Shown: piece after piece, positions 44,509-55,662 of the stretch
Layout of the letters: each line of letters opens with the position of its first letter
Position numbering within the stretch: position 1 is the stretch's first letter
NCBI GenBank assembly: GCA_040876835.1
Contig: JBBDOX010000018.1
Location: forward strand, 82,396-146,395
Length of the DNA: 64,000 nt
Source: Candidatus Anderseniibacteriota bacterium
GTDB taxonomy: Bacteria; Patescibacteriota; Andersenbacteria; UBA10190
Direction: 5' to 3'
The notes under the pieces: generated by a model
The model's input: the letters and a program-made list of their open reading frames with translations, nothing else
Databases searched by the model: none
What the model was told of the DNA's origin: nothing
Made by a program: the position numbers and the translations under genes

Positions 44509-45288
44509 GTGGTAACAGTCAAACAGATACGGGAGCGCATTACTATTGCCCTCCAAGATATATCAGATGCCCCTTCGCTGGATGCAGAATTTATACTTCG
44601 AGCTACCCTACCTGCTGTTCTCTTCCCCCTTCCTGCGCATCTTGACGATGAGTTGGAAGTAGCTTTATTAAGCAAAATACAGCATATGATCAATGAACGT
44701 AAGACTGGGAAGCCCCTGGCTTACGTTCTTGGAGAGTGGGATTTTTACGGCCGGCCATTTACCGTGAACCCAAATGTTCTTATCCCCCGCCCCGCTACAG
44801 AAAATCTCGTTGCAAAAACTCTAGATTACATCGTGCAAACGTGTCAGCAAGCAGAGCGAAGCTTAGTCGTTGCAGATGTCGCGACCGGAAGTGGTTGCGT
44901 TGCTACTACACTTCTCCTAGAACATCCCACTCTCATTTCCCATATGTACGCAACAGATATTTCTCTGCGGGCTCTTGAGGTTGCAAAACATAATGCGGAA
45001 AAATACGCTGTCGATTCGAAGATTACTTTTTTGCACGGCAATATGCTGGATCCTCTGGAAAATGTGACGATAGACTTAGTGGTTTCAAACCCGCCCTATG
45101 TACCAAGCCCAGAACTCCAACAACCCCCGAATGCCAATACTAGGGGTCTGCAGTTTGAACCTCAAATCGCTTTGGACGGAGGACCACTGGGCACTACCTT
45201 CACCGACACCTTATTGGCCTCTTCCCTCCCAGTCATATACGAAGGTTTAAACGGGGAGATTCTTAGTCACAATATCCCGGCGCCATAA
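44509..45288 (+). CDS. prmC: Release factor glutamine N5-methyltransferase PrmC (HemK).
   Basis: NPPY motif (LVVSNPPYVPS) and a SAM-binding region. It lies immediately downstream of prfA. Confidence 0.8.
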   Translation: MVTVKQIRERITIALQDISDAPSLDAEFILRATLPAVLFPLPAHLDDELEVALLSKIQHMINERKTGKPLAYVLGEWDFYGRPFTVNPNVLIPRPATENLVAKTLDYIVQTCQQAERSLVVADVATGSGCVATTLLLEHPTLISHMYATDISLRALEVAKHNAEKYAVDSKITFLHGNMLDPLENVTIDLVVSNPPYVPSPELQQPPNANTRGLQFEPQIALDGGPLGTTFTDTLLASSLPVIYEGLNGEILSHNIPAP

Positions 45289-45289
45289 A

Positions 45290-45317
45290 CAAACAGCCTG
45301 CACAAGCAGGCTGTTTG
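45290..45317. terminator. Bidirectional terminator between convergent prmC and rplY.
   Basis: Perfect hairpin AAACAGCCTGC-ACAA-GCAGGCTGTTT. Confidence 0.6.
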
Positions 45318-45347
45318 TAGGTAAAAGTCGGGATAAGTGAAGAAGTG

Positions 45348-46028
45348 CTACTCTTTCTTTTCTTCAGTAGCAGCAGGTTCGGCCCCTTCAACAGTCTCTT
45401 CCTTCTTGTCTTCTACGCCTTCCACAGCCGCAACCTCTTCTTTCACCTCTTCGGCCAAATCAGCATCAATCTGCTCCTGGGTCTTTGGCTCTTGAACAAG
45501 GGCTACAACCTCTTCTATCTCTTGAAGCGTTTTAACGCCTTCTGGCAGCTTTAGGTCACGAACATGAATAATATCCTCAAATGTATTAAGGGAGGATATG
45601 TCTACTTCGATATCGTGCGGAAGATTCTGAGGCAAAGCTTCAACCTCAATGCTATCCATATTGCGAACGAATACGCCTCCAAGGTCCTTAACAGCTGCGG
45701 ACTCTCCCACAAAAGTAAGTGGGACCTCAGCAGTAATTTCCTCATCCATGCGAACCTGGTAGAAATCTATATGGAGAGCCTTATTTTTTAGGGGGTGGTA
45801 TTGCACCTCACGAATAAGGACTGGGTGCTCTGTGCTATTAATGGTGACCATAACTAAGCTTGTTGAGCCCGTCTGATTAAAAACGCGACTAAATTCTTTC
45901 TCCTCTACTTGGACGCTCATTGAATCTAAGTCATGCCCATACAACACCGCCGGAATAAATCCTTTTCGGCGGATGGAACTGGCCTTTTTGTCCCGGATTT
46001 CTGCTGCAAGATTGTATCGATTTGCCAT
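45348..46028 (-). CDS. rplY: 50S ribosomal protein L25 / general stress protein Ctc.
   Basis: N-terminal ...LAAEIRDKKASSIRRKGFIPAVLYG... and an acidic C-terminal tail. Confidence 0.85.
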   Translation of the reverse strand: MANRYNLAAEIRDKKASSIRRKGFIPAVLYGHDLDSMSVQVEEKEFSRVFNQTGSTSLVMVTINSTEHPVLIREVQYHPLKNKALHIDFYQVRMDEEITAEVPLTFVGESAAVKDLGGVFVRNMDSIEVEALPQNLPHDIEVDISSLNTFEDIIHVRDLKLPEGVKTLQEIEEVVALVQEPKTQEQIDADLAEEVKEEVAAVEGVEDKKEETVEGAEPAATEEKKE

Positions 46029-46113
46029 ATTGATATACGTTTATTGCCTCAAATGAAAGAGGAATCGAATACCCGATTCCTACTTTCAGGTTCTTATATG
46101 GACCTAGCCTAGC

Positions 46114-46443
46114 CTACTTTTTATTCTGCGTCAATGACTTCACAATTCCCTTATCAGTCTTGAGTTTTTCGTAAATAGCCAGGAGTTCATTGCTTGAAAC
46201 TTCCCTGCTTCCAAAGAATTTCTTAGTGTCCTCAGCGGTCATATCAGTTACCAGGCCCAGGCTTACAATACCTAAGCCGGTCATAGCTACCATAGCTACA
46301 ATAGAGCTTTCACACTTTGAGCATGCAACATACACAACCGTCGCGTCCTCCTCTTCTCCAATAACTTTAGCACCGTCAAGATCATATTCTGCACTGCAGA
46401 AGGGACAGCGGGATACAAAGTGCATGTTGTCATCGAACTCCAT
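46114..46443 (-). CDS. Hypothetical zinc-ribbon protein with a C-terminal hydrophobic segment.
   Basis: CPFC...CSKC Cys pairs. The start at MEFDD is preferred. Confidence 0.4.
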   Translation of the reverse strand: MEFDDNMHFVSRCPFCSAEYDLDGAKVIGEEEDATVVYVACSKCESSIVAMVAMTGLGIVSLGLVTDMTAEDTKKFFGSREVSSNELLAIYEKLKTDKGIVKSLTQNKK

Positions 46444-46536
46444 AGTCTTATATTTATGGTAATCTAATTTTTCGTCTTTGTCAATTATTTTGCAGCTGTT
46501 TTTGCACACATATTATGTTCTATTCTGTGTTTTTTC

Positions 46537-47658
46537 TTATCCAAAGTGGCTTATTTCAGGCGTAGGACCTCGCATAAAGCTACTATACACATGAACGGAT
46601 TCTGCCAGCCCAATCAACAGCAGTGTTACTACTAAGCTTGATCCGCCATAGCTGATGAGTGGTAGAGGAATTCCTGTTACTGGCAACAGCCCCATATTCA
46701 TTCCTGCACTTACAATGAAGCTGGCGAGCAGGAGAAGGAAAACACCTATCGCGATTAACTGTCCGAAAGGGTCCTGTGTCCCCCGCGCAATAAGCAACAG
46801 CCGCCATAATACAATTCCGTATAAAATAACCACAACTATCACTCCTATGAACCCTAACTCTTCTCCGATGCTCGCAAGCACAAAATCCGTATGACGTTCA
46901 GGTAAAAACTTCAGCTGGGACTGGGGGCCCTGACCTAGTCCGCGACCTAGAATCTGTCCTGAACCCAAGGCAATGATAGATTGCGTAACATTATACCCGG
47001 AACGAAGCGGATCCTTACCGGGATCAACAAACGTCAACAGACGTTCTTTTTGGTAATCGAGCAACGTCCATTGCCATAGACCCCCAAGCGCTACTATGCC
47101 AACTAGCCCCAAAGTTGCAATAATTTTCCAAGAAATTCCGCTAAAGATAATCAACCCTGCCCATAAAGCTATCATTAAGGCCGCTACACCAAAGTCTGGC
47201 TCTTGAGCCACTAGAACAACAGGCAAGGCAACAATAAGTCCACTAATGCCAACCTGTTTCCACCGTACATACTTAAACTGTGAGAACAGCCAGGCCAAGG
47301 CGATCACTAGGGCAATCTTCATATATTCAGATGGCTGGACTTGAAATCCAAAAAAATCTAGCCGGCTAATCGTCCCTCGAATGGTGGTACCTAGAATTGT
47401 GACAAGTCCCAGTCCAGCTAGCCCCAATCCATATAGTCCCCATGAGAGCTGTCGCCACACATGATAGGGTGTCTTGAGAATAAAGAACCCTAATCCTAGC
47501 CCTATACCAGAGGCTATAAGCTGCCTAAAGAAGAGCGATGACAACAAGCTCCCTCTATCTGTAGCGCTGATAAGCATGGCGAAACCAACCAGAATCAGCA
47601 GTAACGTTGCCGATAACAGCGTCCAATCAAGAGATCGCAATATCGCTCGTATCGACAT
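46537..47658 (-). CDS. SEDS family peptidoglycan glycosyltransferase (RodA/FtsW).
   Basis: C-terminal ...LPVTGIPLPLISYGGSSLVVTLLLIGL... signature. 373 aa, about 10 transmembrane helices. Confidence 0.8.
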   Translation of the reverse strand: MSIRAILRSLDWTLLSATLLLILVGFAMLISATDRGSLLSSLFFRQLIASGIGLGLGFFILKTPYHVWRQLSWGLYGLGLAGLGLVTILGTTIRGTISRLDFFGFQVQPSEYMKIALVIALAWLFSQFKYVRWKQVGISGLIVALPVVLVAQEPDFGVAALMIALWAGLIIFSGISWKIIATLGLVGIVALGGLWQWTLLDYQKERLLTFVDPGKDPLRSGYNVTQSIIALGSGQILGRGLGQGPQSQLKFLPERHTDFVLASIGEELGFIGVIVVVILYGIVLWRLLLIARGTQDPFGQLIAIGVFLLLLASFIVSAGMNMGLLPVTGIPLPLISYGGSSLVVTLLLIGLAESVHVYSSFMRGPTPEISHFG

Positions 47659-47672
47659 ATCACCTTGAGGGG

Positions 47673-48467
47673 TTACCGCAATCTGGCGGGATCTCCAATA
47701 ATCTCAACAACATTCTCTTCTTTAAAGATATTGGTAGAAGGTACGGCAATTACTTGTTGAATGGTTTCCGTGCCTTTGGGCCACTCTAAAGCAAACTCTC
47801 GCTGTTCACCTACCAACAGGCGGCCCACAAACGTCTCCCCTACTCCAATTACCCCTCCACTGCTATCCAGAGCAACAGCACGTACCTCAACACGCTGCCA
47901 GTCAAATGTGCCAGTATTGCGGACAATTCCACCCTGTACAATTACAGGAGTACCTCCTGTTTGTCGTTCTTGCCGTTCCTGTAAAAACAAGCTGAAACTG
48001 GGCAAATCAACAGTCTCTGGCAACCGAACAAATACTTCCTCAGTGGGTCGATCTATTTGAACTCGCCCTAACTGTCGCTCTCGAGGGAAGGAAACATTCA
48101 GAACTGTGACGTACTGCACAGATCCCGGCAAAACATACGCTTCCTTCTCTACGGTTGTTATTTCTTTTTCAGTAGTGTCCAGTAGTACAAAACGAAGAGT
48201 ATAACTTGCTAATCCTGCTCGAGGATTGGGGTTATGAACCTTGGCTACAATGTCAAAGGTTCGTTTATCAGACGTAGGCAGCACAGGGTGAGGAATGACA
48301 GACACTTCTTCTACATCTATCGGGAGATACGGCGTTGGTGTTATTTGAGGAAGCGTATTAGGAGAATTCAGTTGCCGCAGCGTGGCAGGGACGGCGAATA
48401 GTCCTACCAGCAATAGAATAGGGACAATAACGTATGCTGCTTTTTTTGCATTGCGCTGGAGGCTCAT
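47673..48467 (-). CDS. Hypothetical membrane-anchored protein upstream of the SEDS gene.
   Basis: N-terminal transmembrane helix, 264 aa, no family recognised. It is co-directional with rodA/ftsW, with a 14-nt gap. Confidence 0.45.
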   Translation of the reverse strand: MSLQRNAKKAAYVIVPILLLVGLFAVPATLRQLNSPNTLPQITPTPYLPIDVEEVSVIPHPVLPTSDKRTFDIVAKVHNPNPRAGLASYTLRFVLLDTTEKEITTVEKEAYVLPGSVQYVTVLNVSFPRERQLGRVQIDRPTEEVFVRLPETVDLPSFSLFLQERQERQTGGTPVIVQGGIVRNTGTFDWQRVEVRAVALDSSGGVIGVGETFVGRLLVGEQREFALEWPKGTETIQQVIAVPSTNIFKEENVVEIIGDPARLR

Positions 48468-48573
48468 TGGCTCTCATCATATCACCTCAAGAAGACGTTT
48501 GCAGCTAGGGCGCCTCCAGTATATATGGCCTTGAAACATCTGCTCCCACTTGGGGTATACTAAACTACTACCT

Positions 48574-51500
48574 ATGGCAGGCGATTTCACCCATCTTCAC
48601 GTACACAGTCACTATTCTCTACTGGATGGGCTAGGTAAACTCGATGCTATTGTCGCTCGCACCAAAGCCTTAGGCATGGACTCCATTGCCGTTACTGACC
48701 ACGGAGCAATGTATGGCGTTATTGAGTTTGTCCAAACTGCTAAAGAGTATGGGATCAAGCCCATCATTGGCATGGAAGCCTATTTGGCTCCAAAAGGGCG
48801 GGCAAACAAGCGGGGTAAAATTGATGCTAACCCCCGCCATTTGACGATCATTGCTCAGAACAATGAGGGATACAAGAATCTTATGAAGCTAAGCACTAAA
48901 GCCTTTCTGGAAGGATATTATTACAAGCCCCGGCTGGACTACGAGTTACTAGAGCAGCATAGAAACGGCCTGATTATCCTTTCCGGCTGTCTCAATGGAG
49001 ATATTCCTAAGGCAATCCAGGAGAAACGGCCTGATGACGTTAAACAACTAATAGAATGGCACCTGGAAATGTTTGGTCGAGACAATTTCTACTTTGAAGT
49101 ACAGGACCACCCTCACATTGAAGAACAAAAACAACTTAATGCTGCGCTAGTGAAATATGCCAAACAGTACAATATCGGCTTGGTTGCTACCGCCGATAGT
49201 CATTATATTCACCCAGAAGACGCCGAGGCTCAGGATGTACTGGTGTGTGTTCAAACAGGCAAAACTGTTCAGGACAAAGATCGACTATGTATGTTAGATG
49301 AGGATTTCTCAATTAAAAGCCCTCAGGAAGTGAAAGAGGCGTGGAAGGATCACCCAGAAGCTGTCGACAATACCCAGAAAATTGCTGAGATGTGTAACGT
49401 TGAATTCGAGTTTGGCGTGAATAAGCTCCCCCCTTTTCCTCTCCCCAAAGGCAAGACCGCCGATGCCGCCCTGCGCGAATCCTGCGAACAGGGGCTGAAA
49501 ACTCGGTTTGGAAAGAATTTACCCGCAGACGCTCGAGAGCGAGTAGATTACGAGCTGGATGTTATCAAGAAAACCGGGTTCGCTTCATACTTTTTAATTG
49601 TTTCTGACTTTGTGAACGAAGCTAAGCGACGAGGTATTTTAGTAGGTCCAGGGCGCGGCAGCGCTGCCGGTAGCCTTGTTTCCTATCTTACAAATATTAC
49701 GAATGTGGATCCACTGAAATACAATCTTCTGTTTGAACGCTTTCTAAACCCGGAACGTGTATCAATGCCTGATATCGACCTAGATTTTGCTGATGATCGT
49801 CGAGGCGAGGTTATTGATTATGTCAGAGATAAGTATGGCGCCGCACATGTCTCTCAGATTATTACTTTTGGAACAATGGCTGCTCGTGCTGCCATACGCG
49901 ATGCTGGACGAGCCCTCGCCTTCCCCTATTCGTTTTGTGATCAGATTGCCAAGGCTATTCCTCCGTTCACAAATTTTGAACAATCTCTAGCTCAAACTGG
50001 CGAGCTGAGACAGATGTACGATAGTGATCCTCAGGCAAAGAAACTGATCGACACCGCTAAGAAACTTGAAGGTGTATGCCGTCATGCTTCCACTCACGCT
50101 GCGGCAGTGGTTATTACCGATGAACCACTTACGGAATATGTCCCTTTGCAGCTCTCCAGTACTGACGACGGGGAAACGGGCACAGTCACTCAATACGCTA
50201 TGGGACCAGTGGAGGCACTGGGGCTACTGAAAATGGACTTCCTAGGACTTAAAAACCTCACTGTTATTCAAAAAGCGATCGATATTATTAAGGAGCGTCA
50301 TAACACCAACATCGACCTTGATGATCTTCCCCTGCAGGATCCGGCAGCATACAAACTGCTTCAAGAAGGAAAAAGTATTGGGGTATTCCAATTGGAGTCG
50401 GCCGGCATGCGCCGTTATCTCAAAGAACTTAAGCCGACAGAATTCGAGGACATTATCTCTATTTTGGCTCTTTATCGCCCAGGTCCCATGGATTCTATCC
50501 CTGACTTTATTGCCGCCAAACACGGCAGAAAGAAAATTACTTATCTACACCCTATTCTTCAGCCGATTCTGGAGAAAACGTATGGCGTTATTGTTACTCA
50601 GGATCAAGTACTTCAGATTGCCCGAGACTTTGCCGGTTTCTCTTACGCCGAAGCTGACATTCTTCGTAAGGCGGTGGGGAAGAAGATCAAAGAATTACTA
50701 GACGAGCAACGGAACAAATTCATTACCGGGGCAATAAATACTAAAAGTATTGATAAAGAAACTGCTCAAAAAGTATGGGACTTTATCGAGCCCTTTGCCC
50801 GATACGGATTTAACCGGGCGCACGCTGCTTGTTATGCCATGATCGCCTACCAAACAGCTTACTTAAAAGCTAACTACCCTTCGGAATTTTTGTGTGCTCT
50901 TCTTATCTCAGATGAAGGTAATACTGATCGGCAGGCAATTGAAATTGCTGATGCCCTAAGCCTTAATATCGAAGTCCTGCCCCCGGATATTAATGAGAGT
51001 TATGACGATTTCACCGTTGTCTCAACCGAAGAAAGTACGGCAGCCATCCGCTTTGGCTTGGGAGGAGTTAAGAATGTTGGTCATAATGCTATTGGAGCCT
51101 TGATTGAAGAGCGAACCAAGAATGGTGCCTACAAAGACTTATTTGACGTTTTTCGTCGCGTAAACTCTAGAGATTTTAACCGTAAATCAGTTGAAAGCCT
51201 AGCTAAGGCTGGAGCGTTTGATTGCGTGGCGGAACGAGCCCAGATGATAACGAATGCGGAGAAACTGTTGGAATTTAACCGCGGCCTGTATCGTAAACGT
51301 GACATGGGACAGCAAAACCTTTTCGGAACCAACCAGGAAGAGTTGGCTGCCCCTACTATTCAACTTGATACTGTCGCCCCTGCTGAACAGGATTTAAAAC
51401 TTCAGTGGGAAAAAGAACTGCTTGGTTTGTATGTATCCGAACACCCCCTTACCGCCTTAAGACAAGACCTAGAACGGTTGTCAGTCCCGATTGCAGAGAT

Positions 51501-52068
51501 CATTGGTGCTCGGGATCAGTCCCCTGTACGGATAGCTGGTGTTATCGCAAAAATTAACAAGATTATTACTAAAAGTGGTCAGCCAATGCTTTTTGTGGCT
51601 GTAGAGGATCTAACAAGCAAAGTAGAAGTATTAGTCTTTCCTAAGATGCTTGAGACTACGAGTGAAATTTGGGTTGATGGCGGTAAGGTAATCCTGCAAG
51701 GAAAAATTAGTGATAAAGACGGTGAAACTAAGATTCTCCTTGATAAAGCCTGGCCTCTAACGAAAGAAAACCTAGAAAACCTGGCTGGCAGTAATCCCCA
51801 CGTCAAAAAGGCCAGCGGCGGTTCTGCGCCCTCGCGTGGCGTTCATCTGTATATTCCTGAAGCAATTAGCCGTATACAGATGGAGGCCATACGCGATGTT
51901 TTATCTCGCCTGCATCAGGATGGTGGTCCCCTGCCAGTAGAAATTATCGTCTCGCGTGATGGAAAACCCACTAAACTGCAGACTCAGTACCGCGTATCGC
52001 TCGAAGCACAGATTGTGCAGGAACTTGCCCCTATTCTAGGACCTCAAGCCATTACAGTTGTTAGCTAA
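48574..52068 (+). CDS. dnaE: DNA polymerase III alpha subunit.
   Basis: PHP domain HLHVHSHYSLLDG at the N-terminus, about 1160 aa. The start at 48574 is preferred. Confidence 0.9.
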   Translation: MAGDFTHLHVHSHYSLLDGLGKLDAIVARTKALGMDSIAVTDHGAMYGVIEFVQTAKEYGIKPIIGMEAYLAPKGRANKRGKIDANPRHLTIIAQNNEGYKNLMKLSTKAFLEGYYYKPRLDYELLEQHRNGLIILSGCLNGDIPKAIQEKRPDDVKQLIEWHLEMFGRDNFYFEVQDHPHIEEQKQLNAALVKYAKQYNIGLVATADSHYIHPEDAEAQDVLVCVQTGKTVQDKDRLCMLDEDFSIKSPQEVKEAWKDHPEAVDNTQKIAEMCNVEFEFGVNKLPPFPLPKGKTADAALRESCEQGLKTRFGKNLPADARERVDYELDVIKKTGFASYFLIVSDFVNEAKRRGILVGPGRGSAAGSLVSYLTNITNVDPLKYNLLFERFLNPERVSMPDIDLDFADDRRGEVIDYVRDKYGAAHVSQIITFGTMAARAAIRDAGRALAFPYSFCDQIAKAIPPFTNFEQSLAQTGELRQMYDSDPQAKKLIDTAKKLEGVCRHASTHAAAVVITDEPLTEYVPLQLSSTDDGETGTVTQYAMGPVEALGLLKMDFLGLKNLTVIQKAIDIIKERHNTNIDLDDLPLQDPAAYKLLQEGKSIGVFQLESAGMRRYLKELKPTEFEDIISILALYRPGPMDSIPDFIAAKHGRKKITYLHPILQPILEKTYGVIVTQDQVLQIARDFAGFSYAEADILRKAVGKKIKELLDEQRNKFITGAINTKSIDKETAQKVWDFIEPFARYGFNRAHAACYAMIAYQTAYLKANYPSEFLCALLISDEGNTDRQAIEIADALSLNIEVLPPDINESYDDFTVVSTEESTAAIRFGLGGVKNVGHNAIGALIEERTKNGAYKDLFDVFRRVNSRDFNRKSVESLAKAGAFDCVAERAQMITNAEKLLEFNRGLYRKRDMGQQNLFGTNQEELAAPTIQLDTVAPAEQDLKLQWEKELLGLYVSEHPLTALRQDLERLSVPIAEIIGARDQSPVRIAGVIAKINKIITKSGQPMLFVAVEDLTSKVEVLVFPKMLETTSEIWVDGGKVILQGKISDKDGETKILLDKAWPLTKENLENLAGSNPHVKKASGGSAPSRGVHLYIPEAISRIQMEAIRDVLSRLHQDGGPLPVEIIVSRDGKPTKLQTQYRVSLEAQIVQELAPILGPQAITVVS

Positions 52069-53224
52069 TATGCCGGTTGAAGTTGTTTTACCTGTCAAAA
52101 CGCTAGTTCTGCTTCTGATAGCAGGGATTACTGCCGTTGGGGGGAGCTTAGCATATGTCTACCTGCCGCGGGCAACCATTACTCTGCGCCCCGCTACTTC
52201 AATTAAGGAAGCAGAGCAAACTATCATTCTTTCCACCGCAGCTAAGGAGCCTGATTTTGTGCGATATATTCTTCCCGCAAAGCTAGTTGAGCAAGAAGTA
52301 ACTCAAAAACAGCTATTTCAACGATCGGGTAGTGAAGCTGCAACGACCGAGGATTTTGCAAGAGGAATAATAACTTTGACTAACAAACAATCAGAAGAGC
52401 AAAATCTACTTCCCAAAACTCATTTGCGTCACGAAGCAAATGGGGTATTTTTTCTCACCGATGCGGCAGTGAAAATTCCGCCCCAGAGCGAAGTGCAAGT
52501 ATCGATAACTGCTAAAGAGAAAGGATCTTCAGGTAACGTGCCTGCTGGTTCATTCATTGTTGATAAACTGCCTACTTCATTGCAAACAGCTGTTTACGGC
52601 ACCAGTAGCCAAGCGTTTAGTGGTGGATTGGTGACTGAACGTGCCTTAACAGAGGAAGAAATTTCAGCCGCTAAAGAAAATATTCTTGTAGCCGCTAAGC
52701 AACAAGCAACGGGAGAGCTTACCTTAAAAGCTGGTGGAGCACAGATTCGCGAGGACCTAATTACGGCATCAGTGCTCTCTGAAAACATATCGGCTGAACC
52801 GGGCAGTCGCACTACTGAGTACTCTATTGAAACTACTGTGCGAGCACGCGGATTTGTAGTTGATGACAAAGACATGCTTAGTCTAACCTTACTAAAATTG
52901 CGCAGTAATATTCCATCCGATGAAGAATTTATTTCCTATGAGCCTGATTCATTTCAGCTCAGCGTTGATAAAGCTGATTTCGAACGAGGTGAAATTCGCG
53001 TGATCGGCAAACTGACTGGTCTGTTTGCTCGCAAGATAAGTCCGAGCACTTTGCGAGCCGCTAGCATTGCCGGGCTTAGCCAGAAGGAAGCTCAAACACA
53101 TTTTGAACAAATGCCGGATGTGGGCACTGCCGAGGTCCGCTTTTGGCCCTTCTGGGTCACCACCACACCCGCTCGACCCCAAGCCGTAGAAATGATGGTA
53201 GAAAATATTCACGCTAAACCCTAG
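52058..53224 (+). CDS. Hypothetical membrane-anchored protein.
   Basis: Overlaps the dnaE stop by 11 nt. N-terminal transmembrane helix. No family recognised. Confidence 0.45.
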   Translation: MLANMPVEVVLPVKTLVLLLIAGITAVGGSLAYVYLPRATITLRPATSIKEAEQTIILSTAAKEPDFVRYILPAKLVEQEVTQKQLFQRSGSEAATTEDFARGIITLTNKQSEEQNLLPKTHLRHEANGVFFLTDAAVKIPPQSEVQVSITAKEKGSSGNVPAGSFIVDKLPTSLQTAVYGTSSQAFSGGLVTERALTEEEISAAKENILVAAKQQATGELTLKAGGAQIREDLITASVLSENISAEPGSRTTEYSIETTVRARGFVVDDKDMLSLTLLKLRSNIPSDEEFISYEPDSFQLSVDKADFERGEIRVIGKLTGLFARKISPSTLRAASIAGLSQKEAQTHFEQMPDVGTAEVRFWPFWVTTTPARPQAVEMMVENIHAKP

Positions 53225-53290
53225 AAATGCTTCTAAAAAAGCCACCCCATTACTTGCATATGGTAAAATGCGATAGTATACAGAGCAGTT

Positions 53291-55039
53291 ATGGCATCCA
53301 ATACTCCATCCCAAGATCTTGACCAGCTGCGACACTCTGCTGCCCATTTACTCGCAGCGGCGATTTTGCAGCTTTGGCCCGAGGCTAAACCAACTATTGG
53401 CCCCCCGACTGAGGATGGGTTTTATTACGATTTTGAATTTCCGGAGGCTATCTCGGAAAAAGACTTACTAAGAATCGAGAAAAGGATGAAGCAGCTTCTG
53501 CCAACCTGGAAGCAGTTCTCGCATAAAGAAGTAACTCCACAGGAAGCAAAAGAATTTTTTGCCTACAACCTCTACAAACAGGAACTGGTGGACGAAATTG
53601 CTGGACGCGGTGAGACTATTACACTTTATACCGCTGGAGAATTTACTGACTTGTGCCGAGGCGGGCATGTTGACGAGCCTTCTAAACAGCTCAAGTCTTT
53701 TAAACTACTTTCTGTTGCAGGTGCCTACTGGCGAGGCGATGAGAACAACGCCATGCTAACACGTATCTACGGCACCGCTTTTCCAACTCAAGAAGAGCTA
53801 GAACGATACGTTACTAACCTTGAAGAGGCTAAAAAGCGCGATCATCGTAAGCTTGGCCAGCAATTAGACCTTTTTACCTTCTCCTCTCTCGTAGGCTCTG
53901 GTCTACCTCTTTTTACGCCTCGAGGAACGATCGTACGCAACGAACTTAAATCATTCATCTGGGAGCTTCAGCTTCGCCAAGGCTATCAAGAGGTTACAAT
54001 TCCTCACCTTGCAAAGAGTGACTTATACAAAACCTCTGGTCACTGGGATAAGTTTAAAGAAGACCTTTTCCACGTAAAAGGCAGGAGTAGTGACGAGTTT
54101 GTGATTAAACCAATGAATTGCCCGCACCACACCCAGATCTACGCCAGTAAGCAGCGCAGCTATCGGGAACTGCCACTACGACTAGCCGAAGTTACAACGG
54201 TGTATCGTGATGAGCAGGCTGGTGAACTGCAAGGCCTCACACGCGTTCGCTCTATTACTCAAGACGATGCTCACGTATTCTGTCGACCCGACCAGATTGA
54301 AGAAGAGATAGATCGAATTGTCACTATTATCAATGAATTCTATGGAGTATTTGATTTCTCTCTGGCTTATCAGCTTTCATTGCGAGATCCTGAGCAACCC
54401 GACAAATACCTTGGAGACGCCATAATTTGGGAGCAATCCCAAAATGCTCTCCGCGATGTCCTGAAACGTAAGGGGATAGATTTTACTGAGGCAATCGGTG
54501 AGGCAGCCTTTTATGGTCCTAAGATAGATATGGTTGCTAAAGACTCTCTGGGACGACCCTGGCAGCTGGCAACAATCCAGCTCGACTTCAACATGCCAGC
54601 TCGTTTTGAACTTACATATATTGATCAGCAAAACGATAGCAAGACACCTGTTATGATTCACCGGGCAATCTCGGGATCTCTGGAACGCTTTATGGCAGTC
54701 CTTATTGAGAATTACGCTGGCGATCTTCCTCTTTGGCTATCCCCTGCGCAAGTTGTCGTACTACCAATTAGCGATGAGCAGCATACATATAGCGAAGAAG
54801 TGACAGTGGCCCTACAGGCTGCCGGTATTCGCGCAGAGTTAGATGCTCGCTCTGAAAGTATTGGTAAAAAAATCCGGGCAGCGGAAGTAAGCAAAACTCC
54901 TGTAATGTTTGTAATCGGAAAGAAAGAGACTGACGCTCAGTCGGTTGCCGTGCGAACTCGAAGCCAAGGTGATCGTGGACCAATGAAGCTAGCTGATATT
55001 ATTGCCGAGCTTAGTCAAGCAATCAAAAATCGCAGTTAG
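53291..55039 (+). CDS. thrS: Threonyl-tRNA synthetase (lacks the N-terminal TGS domain).
   Basis: Class II core with ...HRKLGQQLDLFTF... and the C-terminal anticodon-binding domain. 582 aa. Confidence 0.9.
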   Translation: MASNTPSQDLDQLRHSAAHLLAAAILQLWPEAKPTIGPPTEDGFYYDFEFPEAISEKDLLRIEKRMKQLLPTWKQFSHKEVTPQEAKEFFAYNLYKQELVDEIAGRGETITLYTAGEFTDLCRGGHVDEPSKQLKSFKLLSVAGAYWRGDENNAMLTRIYGTAFPTQEELERYVTNLEEAKKRDHRKLGQQLDLFTFSSLVGSGLPLFTPRGTIVRNELKSFIWELQLRQGYQEVTIPHLAKSDLYKTSGHWDKFKEDLFHVKGRSSDEFVIKPMNCPHHTQIYASKQRSYRELPLRLAEVTTVYRDEQAGELQGLTRVRSITQDDAHVFCRPDQIEEEIDRIVTIINEFYGVFDFSLAYQLSLRDPEQPDKYLGDAIIWEQSQNALRDVLKRKGIDFTEAIGEAAFYGPKIDMVAKDSLGRPWQLATIQLDFNMPARFELTYIDQQNDSKTPVMIHRAISGSLERFMAVLIENYAGDLPLWLSPAQVVVLPISDEQHTYSEEVTVALQAAGIRAELDARSESIGKKIRAAEVSKTPVMFVIGKKETDAQSVAVRTRSQGDRGPMKLADIIAELSQAIKNRS

Positions 55040-55662
55040 AATTTCAGCGGTATCTGAGGGGTAGGAGTTGCTAAATTCGGAGCACTATTCTCTTGCTTAT
55101 CAATACTTCCCGCAACCTCTCCTTCGCTTTGTTGAGGCTCGCCCAGGCTACCCTGAAGAGAGGAAGTAATGTCAGCTAAACGCTCCTCATATTCACCATA
55201 ATCCTTCTGAATTTTTTCTAGCTCCGAGAGAACAGTGCTGGTCTTTTGTACAATAAGATTGGCTTGGTCCTGAAGTGCAACTAACTCTTCATCAGATAAT
55301 TGCTGAGCAAACTCCTTCATGTTCTCTACACTCCCCAAGAGAAGCTCAGCAGTAGAGATAATGACATCGGGATTTTCTTTCTTATCAAGCAATTCCGTCA
55401 GACTCTGAGTATCGACTTCGGTATATTTCATAGCTAACTCCATTTTATTTGTATTGCTATCAGCAAGATACAGTTCAGCTTTTCGCTTCCAGCTGATAAT
55501 TTTATTCTTAGTAGATGTAAGTAACCCGCCGTCAGAAACAAGGTTCTGTACCGTGCCCGGAACAGTAGCTAGCTTATCTGGCTGGAGTTCTATCTTGATC
55601 ACTCCACTAAAGAATAGGGCTGCGAGAACAGCGACTCCCACTAATAGCGTTATCTTAGACAT
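55036..55662 (-). CDS. Hypothetical membrane-anchored coiled-coil protein.
   Basis: N-terminal transmembrane helix, 208 aa, no family recognised. Confidence 0.45.
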   Translation of the reverse strand: MSKITLLVGVAVLAALFFSGVIKIELQPDKLATVPGTVQNLVSDGGLLTSTKNKIISWKRKAELYLADSNTNKMELAMKYTEVDTQSLTELLDKKENPDVIISTAELLLGSVENMKEFAQQLSDEELVALQDQANLIVQKTSTVLSELEKIQKDYGEYEERLADITSSLQGSLGEPQQSEGEVAGSIDKQENSAPNLATPTPQIPLKF